DNA of 64,000 bases from Gemmatimonadaceae bacterium (GTDB lineage: Bacteria > Gemmatimonadota > Gemmatimonadetes > Gemmatimonadales > Gemmatimonadaceae). The DNA lies in assembly GCA_036560025.1 (NCBI GenBank), contig DATBRZ010000259.1:96-64095 (forward strand). The letters run 5' to 3'. The notes under the pieces were generated by a model that had not been told where the DNA came from, made no database searches, and saw only the letters and a program-made list of their open reading frames with translations. Made by a program: the position numbers and the translations under genes. Positions 29,527-42,105 of this stretch are shown here, in pieces. Position 1 is the stretch's first letter. Every line of letters starts with the position of its first letter.

Positions 29527-30567
29527 ATGGAAATCTTTGAAACTTTGGCTGAGATGGGTCACGAGCAGGTGATGCTGTGCAGCGATCCGTCATGCGGATA
29601 TCGCGGCATCATCGCGGTTCACAGCACCCGCCTCGGCCCGGCCCTCGGCGGCACGCGCTTCTGGAGTTATGCCTCGGATGAAGAAGCACTCATCGACGCG
29701 CTTCGGCTGGCTCGCGGAATGACCTACAAGAACGCCGTTGCCGGCCTGCATCTCGGCGGCGGTAAATCCGTGATCATCGGTGACAACAAGACGCGCGATC
29801 GCGAGCCGATTTTTCGCGCGCATGGACGATTCGTCGAGAGTCTCGGCGGCCGGTATATCACGGCCGAGGACGTGGGAACGAGCACGAAGGACATGGATTT
29901 CGTTCACATGGAGACCGATCACGTAGCTGGACTCGCTTCGAGGTCCGGTGATCCGTCGCCGGTCACTGCGCACGGCGTCTTTCGCTCGATTCAGGCATCT
30001 GCGAAGGAGCGCTGGGGGTCCGACGACCTCACAGGAAAGACCGTCGCGCTTCAAGGGTGTGGACACGTAGGGCACTGTCTCGCGTTGGAGCTGCATGAAG
30101 CGGGAGCGAAGCTCATCGTCTGCGACATCGATCAGGATCGCGCGAAGCGCGTAGCGGCGGACACGCGTGCTCGCATCGCCGACACTGAAGCCATCTATGA
30201 CGTTGACGCCGATATCTTCGCGCCGTGCGCACTCGGCGGAATAATCAACGACGACACACTGCCGAGATTCAAATTCGAGATTATCGCAGGCGGTGCAAAC
30301 AATCAGCTTCTCGAGGAAAGGCACGGCGGCGCGCTCGAAGAACTGGGAATCCTCTACGCTCCGGATTACGTCGCCAACGCAGGCGGTGTGATCAACGTTT
30401 ACGGAGAGGTTGCGGGATGGGATGCAAAGCGGGCGCTGCGAAAGGCTGACGATATCTACGACACGGTTCTTCGCGTCTACGAGATCGCCCGGACGGAGCG
30501 GATTCCTACGTATGAAGCCGCCGACAGGCTGGCCGAAGAGCGGCTCGGCTCGCCGTTGCCAGTTTAG
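29527..30567 (+). CDS. Glu/Leu/Phe/Val dehydrogenase (leucine dehydrogenase-like)
   Basis: GPALGGTR, MTYK, GGGK, AEDVG, NAGGVI; alternative start 29494. Confidence 0.93.
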   Translation: MEIFETLAEMGHEQVMLCSDPSCGYRGIIAVHSTRLGPALGGTRFWSYASDEEALIDALRLARGMTYKNAVAGLHLGGGKSVIIGDNKTRDREPIFRAHGRFVESLGGRYITAEDVGTSTKDMDFVHMETDHVAGLASRSGDPSPVTAHGVFRSIQASAKERWGSDDLTGKTVALQGCGHVGHCLALELHEAGAKLIVCDIDQDRAKRVAADTRARIADTEAIYDVDADIFAPCALGGIINDDTLPRFKFEIIAGGANNQLLEERHGGALEELGILYAPDYVANAGGVINVYGEVAGWDAKRALRKADDIYDTVLRVYEIARTERIPTYEAADRLAEERLGSPLPV

Positions 30568-30576
30568 CAAGAACGT

Positions 30577-31053
30577 ATGACAGCCAATACATCCGCCGCG
30601 GAGATAATTCCTATCGCATCCGACCACGCCGGCTTCGCGATGAAGAACCGGCTCGTGACCGAGTTGCGACAGATGGGATTCGAGCCGGAGGATCTCGGTC
30701 CGCACAAGGAAATTCCCGACGACGATTATCCGGATTACGCTCATCCGCTTGCGCGCAAGGTCTCGCGGGGGGATGCACGGCGCGGTATTCTGCTTTGTGG
30801 CAGCGGAATCGGAGTCGATATCGTTGCCAATCGGTATCCCCACGTCCGCGCCGCCCTGGCGTGGATTCCGGAGATCGCCGAGCTGTCGAGACGTCACAAC
30901 GACTCCAATGTGCTCGTCCTTCCATCGAGGTTCATGAGCGACGACACGGCAGTGGAGACGTTGCGGCGTTGGCTTACAACCGATTTCGAGAATGGTCGTC
31001 ACACTCGGCGAGTGAAAAAGATCGATGAGGGAGAAGTGAATGCAGGAAGTTGA
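30577..31053 (+). CDS. rpiB: ribose-5-phosphate isomerase B
   Basis: SDHAG, DYPD, CGSGIG, HNDSN, GRH. Confidence 0.93.
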   Translation: MTANTSAAEIIPIASDHAGFAMKNRLVTELRQMGFEPEDLGPHKEIPDDDYPDYAHPLARKVSRGDARRGILLCGSGIGVDIVANRYPHVRAALAWIPEIAELSRRHNDSNVLVLPSRFMSDDTAVETLRRWLTTDFENGRHTRRVKKIDEGEVNAGS

Positions 31054-32332
31054 GCAGTCCTCGGCACTACAACTTCAGAACGTTTCGGAAGTCGATCCGG
31101 ACGTCGCGGCGATCATTCGCCGCGAAGTCGACCGGCAGCGTGATGGTCTCGAGCTCATCGCCAGTGAGAACTTCGTGTCCGAAGCGGTTCTCGAAGCAAT
31201 GGGAACGCCGCTCACGAACAAGTACGCTGAGGGTTTGCCCGGAAAGCGCTATTACGGCGGCTGTGAATTCGTCGATCAGGCCGAGCAGCTTGCGATCGAC
31301 AGAGCGAAGCAGCTTTTCGGAGCGGAGCACGCGAACGTGCAGGCGCATTCAGGCGCACAGGCGAATGCGGCAGTGTATCTCGCGTTCCTCAAGCCGGGCG
31401 ACAAGGTGCTGGGACTCGATCTGTCACAGGGTGGACACCTTACGCACGGATCGCCGGTCAATTTTTCGGGGCTGCTTTATCACGCGATTCATTATGGTGT
31501 CGGCGACGACGGGCGCATCGACTACAAGCGCATGCAGGAGATCGCGCTCGCCGAGCGTCCGAAGCTCATCATCGCCGGTGCAAGCGCCTACGCGCGAATC
31601 ATCGAGTTCGAGCCGTTTGCCGAAGTCGCTCGAGAAATCGACGCAAAGTTCATCGTCGACATGGCGCACTTCGCCGGGCTCGTAGCAACCGGATATCATC
31701 CGTCGCCCATTCCGCACGCGGATGCGGTCACTACCACCACGCACAAGACGCTGCGAGGTCCGCGTGGAGGTTTGATCCTGTGCAGGGCCGAGCACGCCAA
31801 GGTGATCGACAAGGCGATGTTCCCGGGAACGCAGGGTGGTCCACTCGAGCACATCATTGCAGCAAAAGCCGTTGCTCTGCGTGAAGCATTACAACCCGAA
31901 TTCAAGGTTTACTGCGGTCACATTGTTGCGAATGCGCGCGCCCTCGCGGACGCCCTCAGCCACCGCGGCTTTGACATTGTCTCGGGGGGAACCGACAATC
32001 ATCTGATGCTGGTGGACCTTCGAAACCGCGGTTTGACCGGAAAAGTCGCTGAGAAGGCGCTGGATGCGGCCGCAATCACGGTCAACAAGAACACTGTGCC
32101 GAAAGAGACTCAGTCTCCCTTCGTCACTAGCGGAATCCGAATCGGAACTCCTGCGGTTACCACTCGCGGCATGCGAGTCCCCGAAATGCTGCAGATTGCG
32201 GAAATGATCGATCGCATTCTGTCGGCGCCGGATGATACGGACCTTGCGATGAGCATTCGCGACGATGTCCGCGACCTCGCGCGCCGGTTCCCGCTATATC
32301 CGACCTCGTTTCGCGAGCGCGGGGACGAGTAG
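31040..32332 (+). CDS. glyA: serine hydroxymethyltransferase
   Basis: [33 protein letters not shown]. Confidence 0.98.
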   Translation: MQEVEQSSALQLQNVSEVDPDVAAIIRREVDRQRDGLELIASENFVSEAVLEAMGTPLTNKYAEGLPGKRYYGGCEFVDQAEQLAIDRAKQLFGAEHANVQAHSGAQANAAVYLAFLKPGDKVLGLDLSQGGHLTHGSPVNFSGLLYHAIHYGVGDDGRIDYKRMQEIALAERPKLIIAGASAYARIIEFEPFAEVAREIDAKFIVDMAHFAGLVATGYHPSPIPHADAVTTTTHKTLRGPRGGLILCRAEHAKVIDKAMFPGTQGGPLEHIIAAKAVALREALQPEFKVYCGHIVANARALADALSHRGFDIVSGGTDNHLMLVDLRNRGLTGKVAEKALDAAAITVNKNTVPKETQSPFVTSGIRIGTPAVTTRGMRVPEMLQIAEMIDRILSAPDDTDLAMSIRDDVRDLARRFPLYPTSFRERGDE

Positions 32333-32719
32333 ATGCCTGAGCTCGCTTTCCGCGACGGTGTGATGGACCGGATCCGAATGCGCGAGCCGCGCTACGATGA
32401 GCAGGCGTATCTGTTCGTTCTGGCTGCTCTCGAGTTCTGCCAGAACCGGCTCGAGGTGCGGCGGCATATCTCCGCTGTCGAGCTCGCCAATGCGTGTCGC
32501 GAGCTCGCACTGGAGCGATTCGGCCTGATGACCCGGCTCGTGCTGGAGCGTTGGGGAATAACCGCGACATCGGACATCGGCGAAATAGTCTTCGCGCTTG
32601 TGGAGCTCGGATTGCTCGTCAAGCAGCCGGCGGACACACGGGAAGAATTCGCTTCAGTCTTCGACTTTCACGAAGCGTTCGAGCGCAATTATCCCTGGGG
32701 CTGCGCCGTCCGAGCGTAG
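32333..32719 (+). CDS. Minf_1886-like conserved hypothetical protein
   Basis: RY..AY.FV, RHISA.EL, FG, WGI...DIGEIVF.LV pattern. Confidence 0.78.
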   Translation: MPELAFRDGVMDRIRMREPRYDEQAYLFVLAALEFCQNRLEVRRHISAVELANACRELALERFGLMTRLVLERWGITATSDIGEIVFALVELGLLVKQPADTREEFASVFDFHEAFERNYPWGCAVRA

Positions 32720-32740
32720 CACGAGAGCTCGAGAGAAGCG

Positions 32741-34339
32741 ATGGTCGTTCGCGTAGTAACTGCGGCCGACGCCGCGGAATGCGAGCGGGCGACGATCGAG
32801 GCGGGGACACCGGCAATCGAGCTGATGGAGCGCGCCGGTAAGGCAGCCGCGACTGAGATTCTCGCTTGTGCAACCGACGCTGATATGGTCTCCGTAATCA
32901 CCGGCCCCGGCAACAACGGCGGTGACGGATGGGTCGTTGCGCGGGAGCTCGCGCTCGCCGGCCTGCTGGTGCGGGTCATCGAGTCGGCGCCACCAAAAAC
33001 ACAGGAAGCCCTGGAAGCGCGAGAGCGCGCGTTGAAGCCGGGAGGATCGCGGCGCATCGATCTCGCAGACTCTCTTGCCGACGAGCAGATCGTGGTGGAC
33101 GCACTTCTCGGGACTGGATCCAAAGGGTCACCGCGCGGACGAATTCGCGAGCTCGTCACCGCAATCAACGATGCAGGTGATAACGGCGCTCAGGTATTCG
33201 CACTGGATCTGCCCACCGGTGTCGATGCGGATCTGGGGGCGAACGGCCAGTCGGTTCGGGCCACCCATACTGTCACATTCGGCCTGATGAAACGCGGCGC
33301 GCTGCTCTCGCGGGATCGGTGCGGCTCCATCGCCGTGCTCGACATCGGATTGCAGGGAGAAGCGGTGGCGGATCTACCGATGCTCATCGATGGCGCGTGG
33401 GCGCATGAAAGAGTTCCTCCGATCCGATTCGACGCCCACAAAGGGACACGCGGACGAATCGTGGTTTTCGGCGGGGGAGAAGGGATGGCGGGCGCTGCGA
33501 TCCTCGCTGGAATGGGAGCCCTTCGATCGGGCGCGGGTCTGGCGCACCTCGTTGTTCACGAGTCCAATGTGGAGTCGGTGCACGCCGGGCTTCCCGAGGC
33601 GATCGTCAGCGCCTGGTCCCGTGATCCGGCGATTGTTGCGTCGATTCTTTCTCGCGCAGACGCGATCGCAATCGGCCCCGGCCTCGGACAGGGTCGGAAC
33701 GCGCGAAATCTTGTTGAACAGGTTCTTCTCGCCACCGCCGCTCCCGCTGTAGTGGACGCCGACGCGTTGAATGCATTCACTGGCGATCCGGCGTCATTGG
33801 CCGCGTTGCTTCACGGTCGACCCGCAGTGCTGACGCCGCATCCAGCGGAGCTCGCAAGAATCCTGAACGTCGAGACGGACACCGTGACGAATGCAAGATT
33901 CGAAATTGGAAGTGACCTCTCACGGGCGAGCGGTGCCGCACTACTCCTGAAGGGAGCGCCAACGGTGGTGTTCGCTCCCAACGGGGATCGTTACATCTCG
34001 GCGGCCGGCACTGCAGCGCTGGCGACTGGAGGCAGCGGCGACGTTCTCACCGGAATAACAGCGACTCTTCTTGCCCACCGACTGCTGTCGGGACGGGGCA
34101 AGCGAACGCGACTCAATACTCCCGCTCGTCGCCGTGCTCGCGATCAGAAGGTTGGCGCGCACCGAATTGCCGAAGTAGCAGCGACCGCGGCGTACTTCCA
34201 CGGTCGCGCCGCCGAGCTTTGCGGGCCGGTGAGAGGCACGACGCTTTCCGACGTGCTGCAGGCGCTTCCCGATGCATGGAACGAGACGATTCCACCTGAG
34301 CGTCCGGGAGTGCTCGCACGCTTACCGGCGGTAGCCTGA
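32741..34339 (+). CDS. nnr: bifunctional NAD(P)HX epimerase/dehydratase
   Basis: LMERAG, GNNGGDG, DALLGTG, HKG..G, GPGLG, TPHPAE, GGSGDVL. Confidence 0.93.
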   Translation: MVVRVVTAADAAECERATIEAGTPAIELMERAGKAAATEILACATDADMVSVITGPGNNGGDGWVVARELALAGLLVRVIESAPPKTQEALEARERALKPGGSRRIDLADSLADEQIVVDALLGTGSKGSPRGRIRELVTAINDAGDNGAQVFALDLPTGVDADLGANGQSVRATHTVTFGLMKRGALLSRDRCGSIAVLDIGLQGEAVADLPMLIDGAWAHERVPPIRFDAHKGTRGRIVVFGGGEGMAGAAILAGMGALRSGAGLAHLVVHESNVESVHAGLPEAIVSAWSRDPAIVASILSRADAIAIGPGLGQGRNARNLVEQVLLATAAPAVVDADALNAFTGDPASLAALLHGRPAVLTPHPAELARILNVETDTVTNARFEIGSDLSRASGAALLLKGAPTVVFAPNGDRYISAAGTAALATGGSGDVLTGITATLLAHRLLSGRGKRTRLNTPARRRARDQKVGAHRIAEVAATAAYFHGRAAELCGPVRGTTLSDVLQALPDAWNETIPPERPGVLARLPAVA

Positions 34340-34362
34340 CTGCCGCGAACTGAGAAAGCCGC

Positions 34363-35291
34363 ATGCACACGCGATTGCGCGACGGTGCTGAGTTTGACCT
34401 CGTACGCAGGTTCCTCGACGTGTGGGGTGATGATGCGGCCGGTATCGGCGACGACGCGGCAGTGTTACCGGCTGTTAAGAATGCTCGATTGGTTGCAACC
34501 ATCGATTCAAGCGTCGAGAACGTTCATTTCCGACGAGATTGGTTGACGCCCGCCGAGATTGGATATCGCGCCGCTGCTGCCGCGCTGAGCGACCTGGCGG
34601 CGATGGCCGCATCGCCGCTCGGGATTCTCACTGCGATCGTTCTACCGGAAACCTGGCTTGCCGATGCCGATCAGATCGCAAATGGAATCGCCGAGGCCGC
34701 GAGCGGTTGTGATGCGAAAGTCCTCGGCGGCGATCTGTCCGGCGGAGGCGAGCTTGCCATCACGATATCAGCGCTCGGCGCAGCTCAACGTCCTTTGCTG
34801 CGTTCCGGCGCTCGTATCGGAGACTTCATTTACGTGACGGGCAGGCTTGGTGGGCCCGCCGCGGCTGTGCGCGCATTTCGAAGCGGAGCTTCGCCTCAGG
34901 GAAAACATCGCGGGCGTTTCGCTCACCCGATTCCGCGACTGCGTGAGGCAATCTGGCTCGCTCAATCCGGGATCTCGGCGGGGATCGATATTTCGGATGG
35001 CCTCGTTGCCGATCTCGAGCACGTCGCGGCAGCGAGCGATGTTTCGATATCAGTCGACCTCGAGCACGTTCCCGCAATCGACGGAGTGTCACAGCTCGAT
35101 GCGGCGGGCAGCGGTGAGGAATACGAGCTGGCGGTGACGTCCGGCTCCGAGCTCGACACGAAGGAATTCGAGCGGCGTTTCGGAATCGAGCTGACACGAA
35201 TTGGGATGGTCGAAAAGGGGGCGGCGCGTGTAACTCTGCTTGACCGCGGCACTCGGGTTGCTTCGCCATCCGGTTACCTTCATTTCTCTAA

Positions 35292-35295
<4 letters not shown>
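34363..35295 (+). CDS. thiL: thiamine-monophosphate kinase
   Basis: GIGDDAA, VHF, LSDLAAM, DISDGL, GEEYEL. Confidence 0.94.
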
Positions 35296-37377
<2,082 letters not shown>

Positions 37378-37386
37378 AGAGGTTTC

Positions 37387-37683
37387 GTGGCAAAGCGAAT
37401 CATCTGGGCACTGATCATTCTTGGGGCACTCGTGTTCGCGGTGCACGGCGGTGAATACAGCACCTACGATCTCTGGCGCCAGCGAGAGCGAAAGGCGCGA
37501 CTTCAGGCCGAGACGGATTCGCTCCAGCGAGAGGTGGACTCGCTGCGCGGGGTTGCGCGTGCAATCGCCACTGATCCGGCGACGCAGGAGCGAATCGCGC
37601 GTGAAGAATTCGGGATGGTGCGGGGAGACAAGGAAATTCTCTACCGGCTCACGGACCCAACGGACAGCTCCGCGAGCCGGTAG
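37387..37683 (+). CDS. ftsB: septum formation initiator FtsB/DivIC
   Basis: TM plus coiled coil, ERIAREEFGM; directly after eno. Confidence 0.85.
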   Translation: MAKRIIWALIILGALVFAVHGGEYSTYDLWRQRERKARLQAETDSLQREVDSLRGVARAIATDPATQERIAREEFGMVRGDKEILYRLTDPTDSSASR

Positions 37684-37692
37684 GGCCACGCT

Positions 37693-38094
37693 CTACTTCT
37701 TCTGCTTGTTTTCCTTTGCTTCCATCTTCGGCGTCTCGTGCTCCTTCGAAACGACAGCGCCGGTAACTGCGTCGATGTTCACTTCCTCGAAGCCGGTTGC
37801 TCCGGGCACCTTGATTTCGAATGAGTAGATAAGTTTGCCGTTCTCGCGCTCGAGCTTCGACTTCTTCACCTTGCCGTTCGGAACTTCCTTCAGTGCCGTT
37901 GCGCGGGCGGTCGCCATGGCGATCTTCGCCTTCGGCTTCGGTGCGACGGTCGTGCGTTTGACGGGCGTTTTAGCCATCGTCGACTTCGCGGGCGTGGGCT
38001 TAGCCGGCGTCTGAGGCTTGTTGTAGGTAGGCGTCTGCGCGGCGAGCACCGTCGCAGCGCAGAGAAGGATCGCGGTGGTGGTTGGTTTGAGCAT
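37693..38094 (-). CDS. secreted PepSY domain protein
   Basis: Signal peptide, Lys/Pro linker, ARATAL...LERENG...YSFE...IDAVTG. Confidence 0.88.
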   Translation of the reverse strand: MLKPTTTAILLCAATVLAAQTPTYNKPQTPAKPTPAKSTMAKTPVKRTTVAPKPKAKIAMATARATALKEVPNGKVKKSKLERENGKLIYSFEIKVPGATGFEEVNIDAVTGAVVSKEHETPKMEAKENKQKK

Positions 38095-38175
38095 GGTTCC
38101 TCCGAAACGTGGATGGTGGAGGCGCCTCGCCTCCTGCGTACGGCGGGAACCTAGCCCGCGAACCTTTCACCACGA

Positions 38176-39507
38176 TTACAAAGCGCGCGTAATTGGAGAT
38201 GCCGCCAAGGACCTCACGGCGAGAGGGAAGGCGACCGTAACCGTGCTCCCCTGATTGAGTATGGAGTCGATCGTTATCGTCGCGCCGTGCTCATCGGCAA
38301 TCCATTTTGCGATGGAGAGCCCGAGGCCGGCCCCGTCGTGCTGGGCTCCATCGTGCGCGCCCCGATAAAAGCGGTCGAACACGCGAGGTAAATCGTCGGA
38401 GTCAATACCAACGCCGGTGTCCGCAAGAGTCATCGTCGGGCGACCCGACTTCATTGACAGGCTCATTGTGACTCGTCCGCCCTGCGGCGTGAACTTGATC
38501 GCGTTGTCGAGCAGGATGATGATCAGATCACGAATGAGAGTGGGATCACCGACTATCGGCGATTCCTCGAACGCATCGACATCCAACTGAATGCCCTTGC
38601 GCGTTGCCATTGCGCGCGCAACGCTGAGGCAATCAGAGACGATGTCATCGAGGTAGAGAGGCCGTTGCGCAATCTGCTGGTCGCCTGCATCCGCCCGCGC
38701 GAGCACGAGCAGATGATCGACGATTGCGCCAAGCCGCCGCGATTCATCCTCGACGGTCTTGAGCGCCGAGCGGTATTCGTCCGCGTCCCGCTGTCGCTGA
38801 AGCGCCACGTCGGCATTCGTGCGCAGGATTGCAATCGGCGTTTTCAGCTGATGCGCCGCGTCGGCCATGAACCTGCGCATGTTGTCGATCGTCGCTTCGA
38901 TCGGTGCGGTCGACTTGCGCGCCAGCATGTAGCCCCCAATCGCGACGAGCACGATTGCGATCAGCGCAGCGCCGGCGAAGACGCCGATCAACTGTGCGTA
39001 TCGATCCTCGAGCTCGAGCTGATCCGCGATCGCCGCCGCAACGAGAACGCGACCCCTCGGCGTCCGAAAGCGTCTCGCCTCGAGGCGAAGAGTTCGACCG
39101 TCATCCGTATTGTACTGCGCCGATGCACGGCCGGTTTTCACTGCGGTAGTTGCGCTCTGCCTGATCCAGCCCTCGGCTTCCGTCGGAACGAGCGGTGTTC
39201 CGCGTTCATCGAGCAGGTACATCGTGCGCTCGGGAATGCGGAGCTCATCTACCGCATCCAGCAGTGCGGAATCGCCCCTTTCTTCCTGGAGCTGGCGGCT
39301 CGAGGCGACACTTGCAAGCTCGATGGTTGCGGCGGAAAGTGAATCATCGAGCTGACGAGAGACCTGGCGTCTCAATGCGACAAACAGGCCCGCGCCGAGG
39401 AGGAGCAGAATTACGGTGAACGTTCCGGCATACCATAGTGTGAGCCGCGTTCGTACACGCTCGACGTGAGGGTCGCGTGATGAGCTGCCGCCGTCGTTAC
39501 GGGCCAA
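38176..39507 (-). CDS. membrane sensor histidine kinase
   Basis: Two TMs, AHQLKTP H-box, NAIKF, DTGVG, GAGLGL. Confidence 0.94.
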   Translation of the reverse strand: MARNDGGSSSRDPHVERVRTRLTLWYAGTFTVILLLLGAGLFVALRRQVSRQLDDSLSAATIELASVASSRQLQEERGDSALLDAVDELRIPERTMYLLDERGTPLVPTEAEGWIRQSATTAVKTGRASAQYNTDDGRTLRLEARRFRTPRGRVLVAAAIADQLELEDRYAQLIGVFAGAALIAIVLVAIGGYMLARKSTAPIEATIDNMRRFMADAAHQLKTPIAILRTNADVALQRQRDADEYRSALKTVEDESRRLGAIVDHLLVLARADAGDQQIAQRPLYLDDIVSDCLSVARAMATRKGIQLDVDAFEESPIVGDPTLIRDLIIILLDNAIKFTPQGGRVTMSLSMKSGRPTMTLADTGVGIDSDDLPRVFDRFYRGAHDGAQHDGAGLGLSIAKWIADEHGATITIDSILNQGSTVTVAFPLAVRSLAASPITRAL

Positions 39508-40165
39508 AGCGGTAACCCGCTCCCCTCAGGGTCTGAAGGAGCTTGGGATTGAAGTCGTCGTCGATCTTTCTTCTGAGGCGCGCGACGAGAACCTCGAGCG
39601 CATTGGTGAATGGGTCGTGGTTCTCGTCCCACACATGCGCGGTGATCGCGGCGCGATCCACGACCTGTCCCGCGTGAAGCACCAGAAATTCGAGGAGACT
39701 GAACTCCTTCGCGGTTAAATCGATCCGGCGTCCGCCTCGTGCGACACGTTGCGATTCGATGCTCACCTCGAGATCCGCAATTCTGATGACAGTAGGGATA
39801 GGTGGTGCTTTGCGTCGAGACAGCGCGCGGAGTCGCGCGACGAGCTCGCGAAAGGCGAACGGTTTCGCGAGGTAATCATCCGCGCCCGACTCGAGTCCCG
39901 ACACGCGATCGTCAACTGAGTTGCGCGCGGTGAGCATGAGTATAGGTGTCGCGATCTGTCGTTTGCGGAGATGGGCGCAGAGGTCGAATCCGCTGCCGCC
40001 CGGCAGCATCACATCGAGGACGATTACGTCGAAGGTTCCGAGAGCGGCCTGGGTTTTTCCGTTGTCGAACGTGTGAGCGACAGTGACGCGGATGTCCTGC
40101 TCCTCGAGCCCCAAGCGCACGAGATCGGCGAGGTTTCTGTCGTCTTCAACGAGGAGAATTCGCAC
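39497..40165 (-). CDS. OmpR-family response regulator
   Basis: ILLVEDD, LDVMLP, GADDYL, LRGAGY. Confidence 0.95.
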   Translation of the reverse strand: MRILLVEDDRNLADLVRLGLEEQDIRVTVAHTFDNGKTQAALGTFDVIVLDVMLPGGSGFDLCAHLRKRQIATPILMLTARNSVDDRVSGLESGADDYLAKPFAFRELVARLRALSRRKAPPIPTVIRIADLEVSIESQRVARGGRRIDLTAKEFSLLEFLVLHAGQVVDRAAITAHVWDENHDPFTNALEVLVARLRRKIDDDFNPKLLQTLRGAGYRFGP

Positions 40166-40190
40166 ACTTCGAATGTAATCGTCGGTCGCC

Positions 40191-40218
40191 TTGACTTGGC
40201 TCCATGGCTTTCTAGATT
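40191..40218 (+). promoter_or_regulatory. putative sigma70 promoter of tRNA-fMet
   Basis: TTGACT-16 nt-TAGATT just upstream of the tRNA. Confidence 0.55.
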
Positions 40219-40229
40219 GCGTGATCTAC

Positions 40230-40303
<74 letters not shown>

Positions 40304-40304
40304 T

Positions 40305-40333
40305 GGACGGCCGCCTTCGGGCGGCCGTTTTTC
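40305..40333 (+). terminator. intrinsic terminator
   Basis: ACGGCCGCC-TTCG-GGCGGCCGT followed by a T-tract. Confidence 0.9.
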
Positions 40334-40408
40334 GTTGCGTCGGCAGATTGAAGCTGGTGACGGCGTCCGAGGATTGAGCTTCTCGCCGCTAACTATATTT
40401 GATCGTCT

Positions 40409-40482
40409 GGCAGGGTAGCTCAGCCGGTTAGAGCACGGCACTCATAATGCCGGGGTCGCGGGTTCGAGTCCCGCCCCTGCTA
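40409..40482 (+). tRNA. tRNA-Met(CAT), probably elongator
   Basis: GGCAGGG acceptor, CGGCA-CTCATAA-TGCCG anticodon arm, GTTCGAGTC; Ile2 not fully excluded. Confidence 0.9.
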
Positions 40483-40528
40483 TCAGCGAGCCAATCACTT
40501 ACCGGTGGTTGGCTCGAATTGCTCCATG

Positions 40529-41644
40529 CTATGCGACCTGTTCGTGCACCGTGCGCGTGAAAACCAGGACGCCGATGCCGCCGACTGCGGCAGCGATGTA
40601 GAACGGCAACTGCGGCGAACACCGCCATAACAGGCCGCCGATGAACGCCGCCGGCGCGATCGCGAGGCTTCGAACGAGATAGTACAGCCCCACTACTCGC
40701 GCGCGGAGCGAGGGAGTGGCGAGATCAATGATCAATGCTTTTCGCGCCGGCTCTCCCACCTCGCGCAGGCCACCAACGACGAAGGCACCCACAAGCCACG
40801 CAAAGTTCGACGCCCAGACGACGGCGAGCGGCATCAGCGCAAAGCAGCAAAATGTCGCGATCACGAAGGGCTTCTTTCCGGTGTATTCGGCGATGCGTGC
40901 CGCCGGGACATAGACGAGCATCGCGGTTGCCGCTTGCACCGCGACGAGAATGCCAAACTGCAGTGCGTCAATGTGCACGACATTGATGGCATAGATGACG
41001 AGAAACACGTCAACCATCCCTTCGCAGGTGCGGATGAAGATGTCCGACGCGAGCAACCAACGCAGCGAATCCGGAAACGACTTCCACACGTGCCGCACGT
41101 TGATCGTCGGGTCATCACGAAGCACCGGAATGCGAACGCGCGCGGCGACCAGTAGCGTCACGAGGCCCAAGGCGATGGAGATAACGAGCCCGAGTCGAAC
41201 GCCACCGCGTAGTCCGAGAGCAGCGATGGCGAAGCCGCCGAGCGTCGGTGCAATGACGATCGGTATTCTTCGGAGGATTGACTGGACTGTAAAGCCCATC
41301 GTTCGCTTCTCGCGCGGCAACGCATCACCCACGACGGCGAACAAAGCGGGACTTGCCATCGCGTCCCACGCCATGATGAACGCGAGTGCGAGAAACGCCA
41401 GCGGCCAGCTCGGAAGGATCGCGAACAGCGTGTAGCCGATCATTGTCAGTGATACGAAGAGCAGCAACGCCGCGCGCCGCCCGTATCGATCGGCGATCCA
41501 ACCGCCTGGGTACTGATACACTCCGTCCAGAAAGTCCTCGGCCGTTCCAAACAGACCAATGACCGCAATCGGAGCGCCGAGGTTTTGCAAATACTTCGGG
41601 AGGAAGCGGCGCCAGAGATTCTCGCCGAGATTCATGAGCAACAT
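40529..41644 (-). CDS. MFS transporter
   Basis: GGWIADRYGRR motif A, many TMs; the reading frame continues upstream of the ATG. Confidence 0.9.
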   Translation of the reverse strand: MLLMNLGENLWRRFLPKYLQNLGAPIAVIGLFGTAEDFLDGVYQYPGGWIADRYGRRAALLLFVSLTMIGYTLFAILPSWPLAFLALAFIMAWDAMASPALFAVVGDALPREKRTMGFTVQSILRRIPIVIAPTLGGFAIAALGLRGGVRLGLVISIALGLVTLLVAARVRIPVLRDDPTINVRHVWKSFPDSLRWLLASDIFIRTCEGMVDVFLVIYAINVVHIDALQFGILVAVQAATAMLVYVPAARIAEYTGKKPFVIATFCCFALMPLAVVWASNFAWLVGAFVVGGLREVGEPARKALIIDLATPSLRARVVGLYYLVRSLAIAPAAFIGGLLWRCSPQLPFYIAAAVGGIGVLVFTRTVHEQVA

Positions 41645-41754
41645 TGCCGTCGAAACGGCAATGATTTCAGGCGTTAGGCCGAAGAATGCCCGCGCGCGTG
41701 CTCGGCGAGAATCGCTTTCGGTTGTCTCCCGCGACTGATGCCGACCTCTGTGGC

Positions 41755-41975
41755 TCAGCTTCGCTTGACGTTCGTGCGGGCGAGTGCCGCATGGAGGCCG
41801 CTGGCTAACTTGGTCGCGTCATCGTTCGCCCAGAAATGCATGAAGAAAAGTCGCGGAGAGTCCTGCAGCATGTGGCTGTGGACGGCTGTCACCTGGATTC
41901 CATTCTCGTGGAAGGTGCGGAGCACCGGATTCACTTCGCTCCCGATGAGGACGAAGTCACCAGTGATTGCGATTC
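41755..41975 (-). pseudogene. C-terminal fragment of a DUF1259 (LppY/LpqO) protein
   Basis: AITGDFVL..EVNPV...GI.VTAVHSHM...PRLFFMHFWA; N-terminal part absent. Confidence 0.75.
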
Positions 41976-42042
41976 GTGGCGTGGCGCTACCCACATGGGC
42001 TCGTTAGGCGTTTCTTCAATCGTGACGCCCAGTTCTCTTCGG

Positions 42043-42105
42043 GCGGCGTACCTCTACGACGCCCTTTATGCGTCGCTAGAGCTCGAACTTCAAGAGAGGC
42101 CATGA
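42043..42105 (+). pseudogene. possible C-terminal remnant of a ChrB-like gene
   Basis: LYDALYA then a TGA overlapping (ATGA) the next start; very short match. Confidence 0.4.

Noticed and set aside
29590-31002. 470-aa minus-strand ORF
   Set aside because: Antisense to leucine dehydrogenase and rpiB; typical high-GC shadow ORF.
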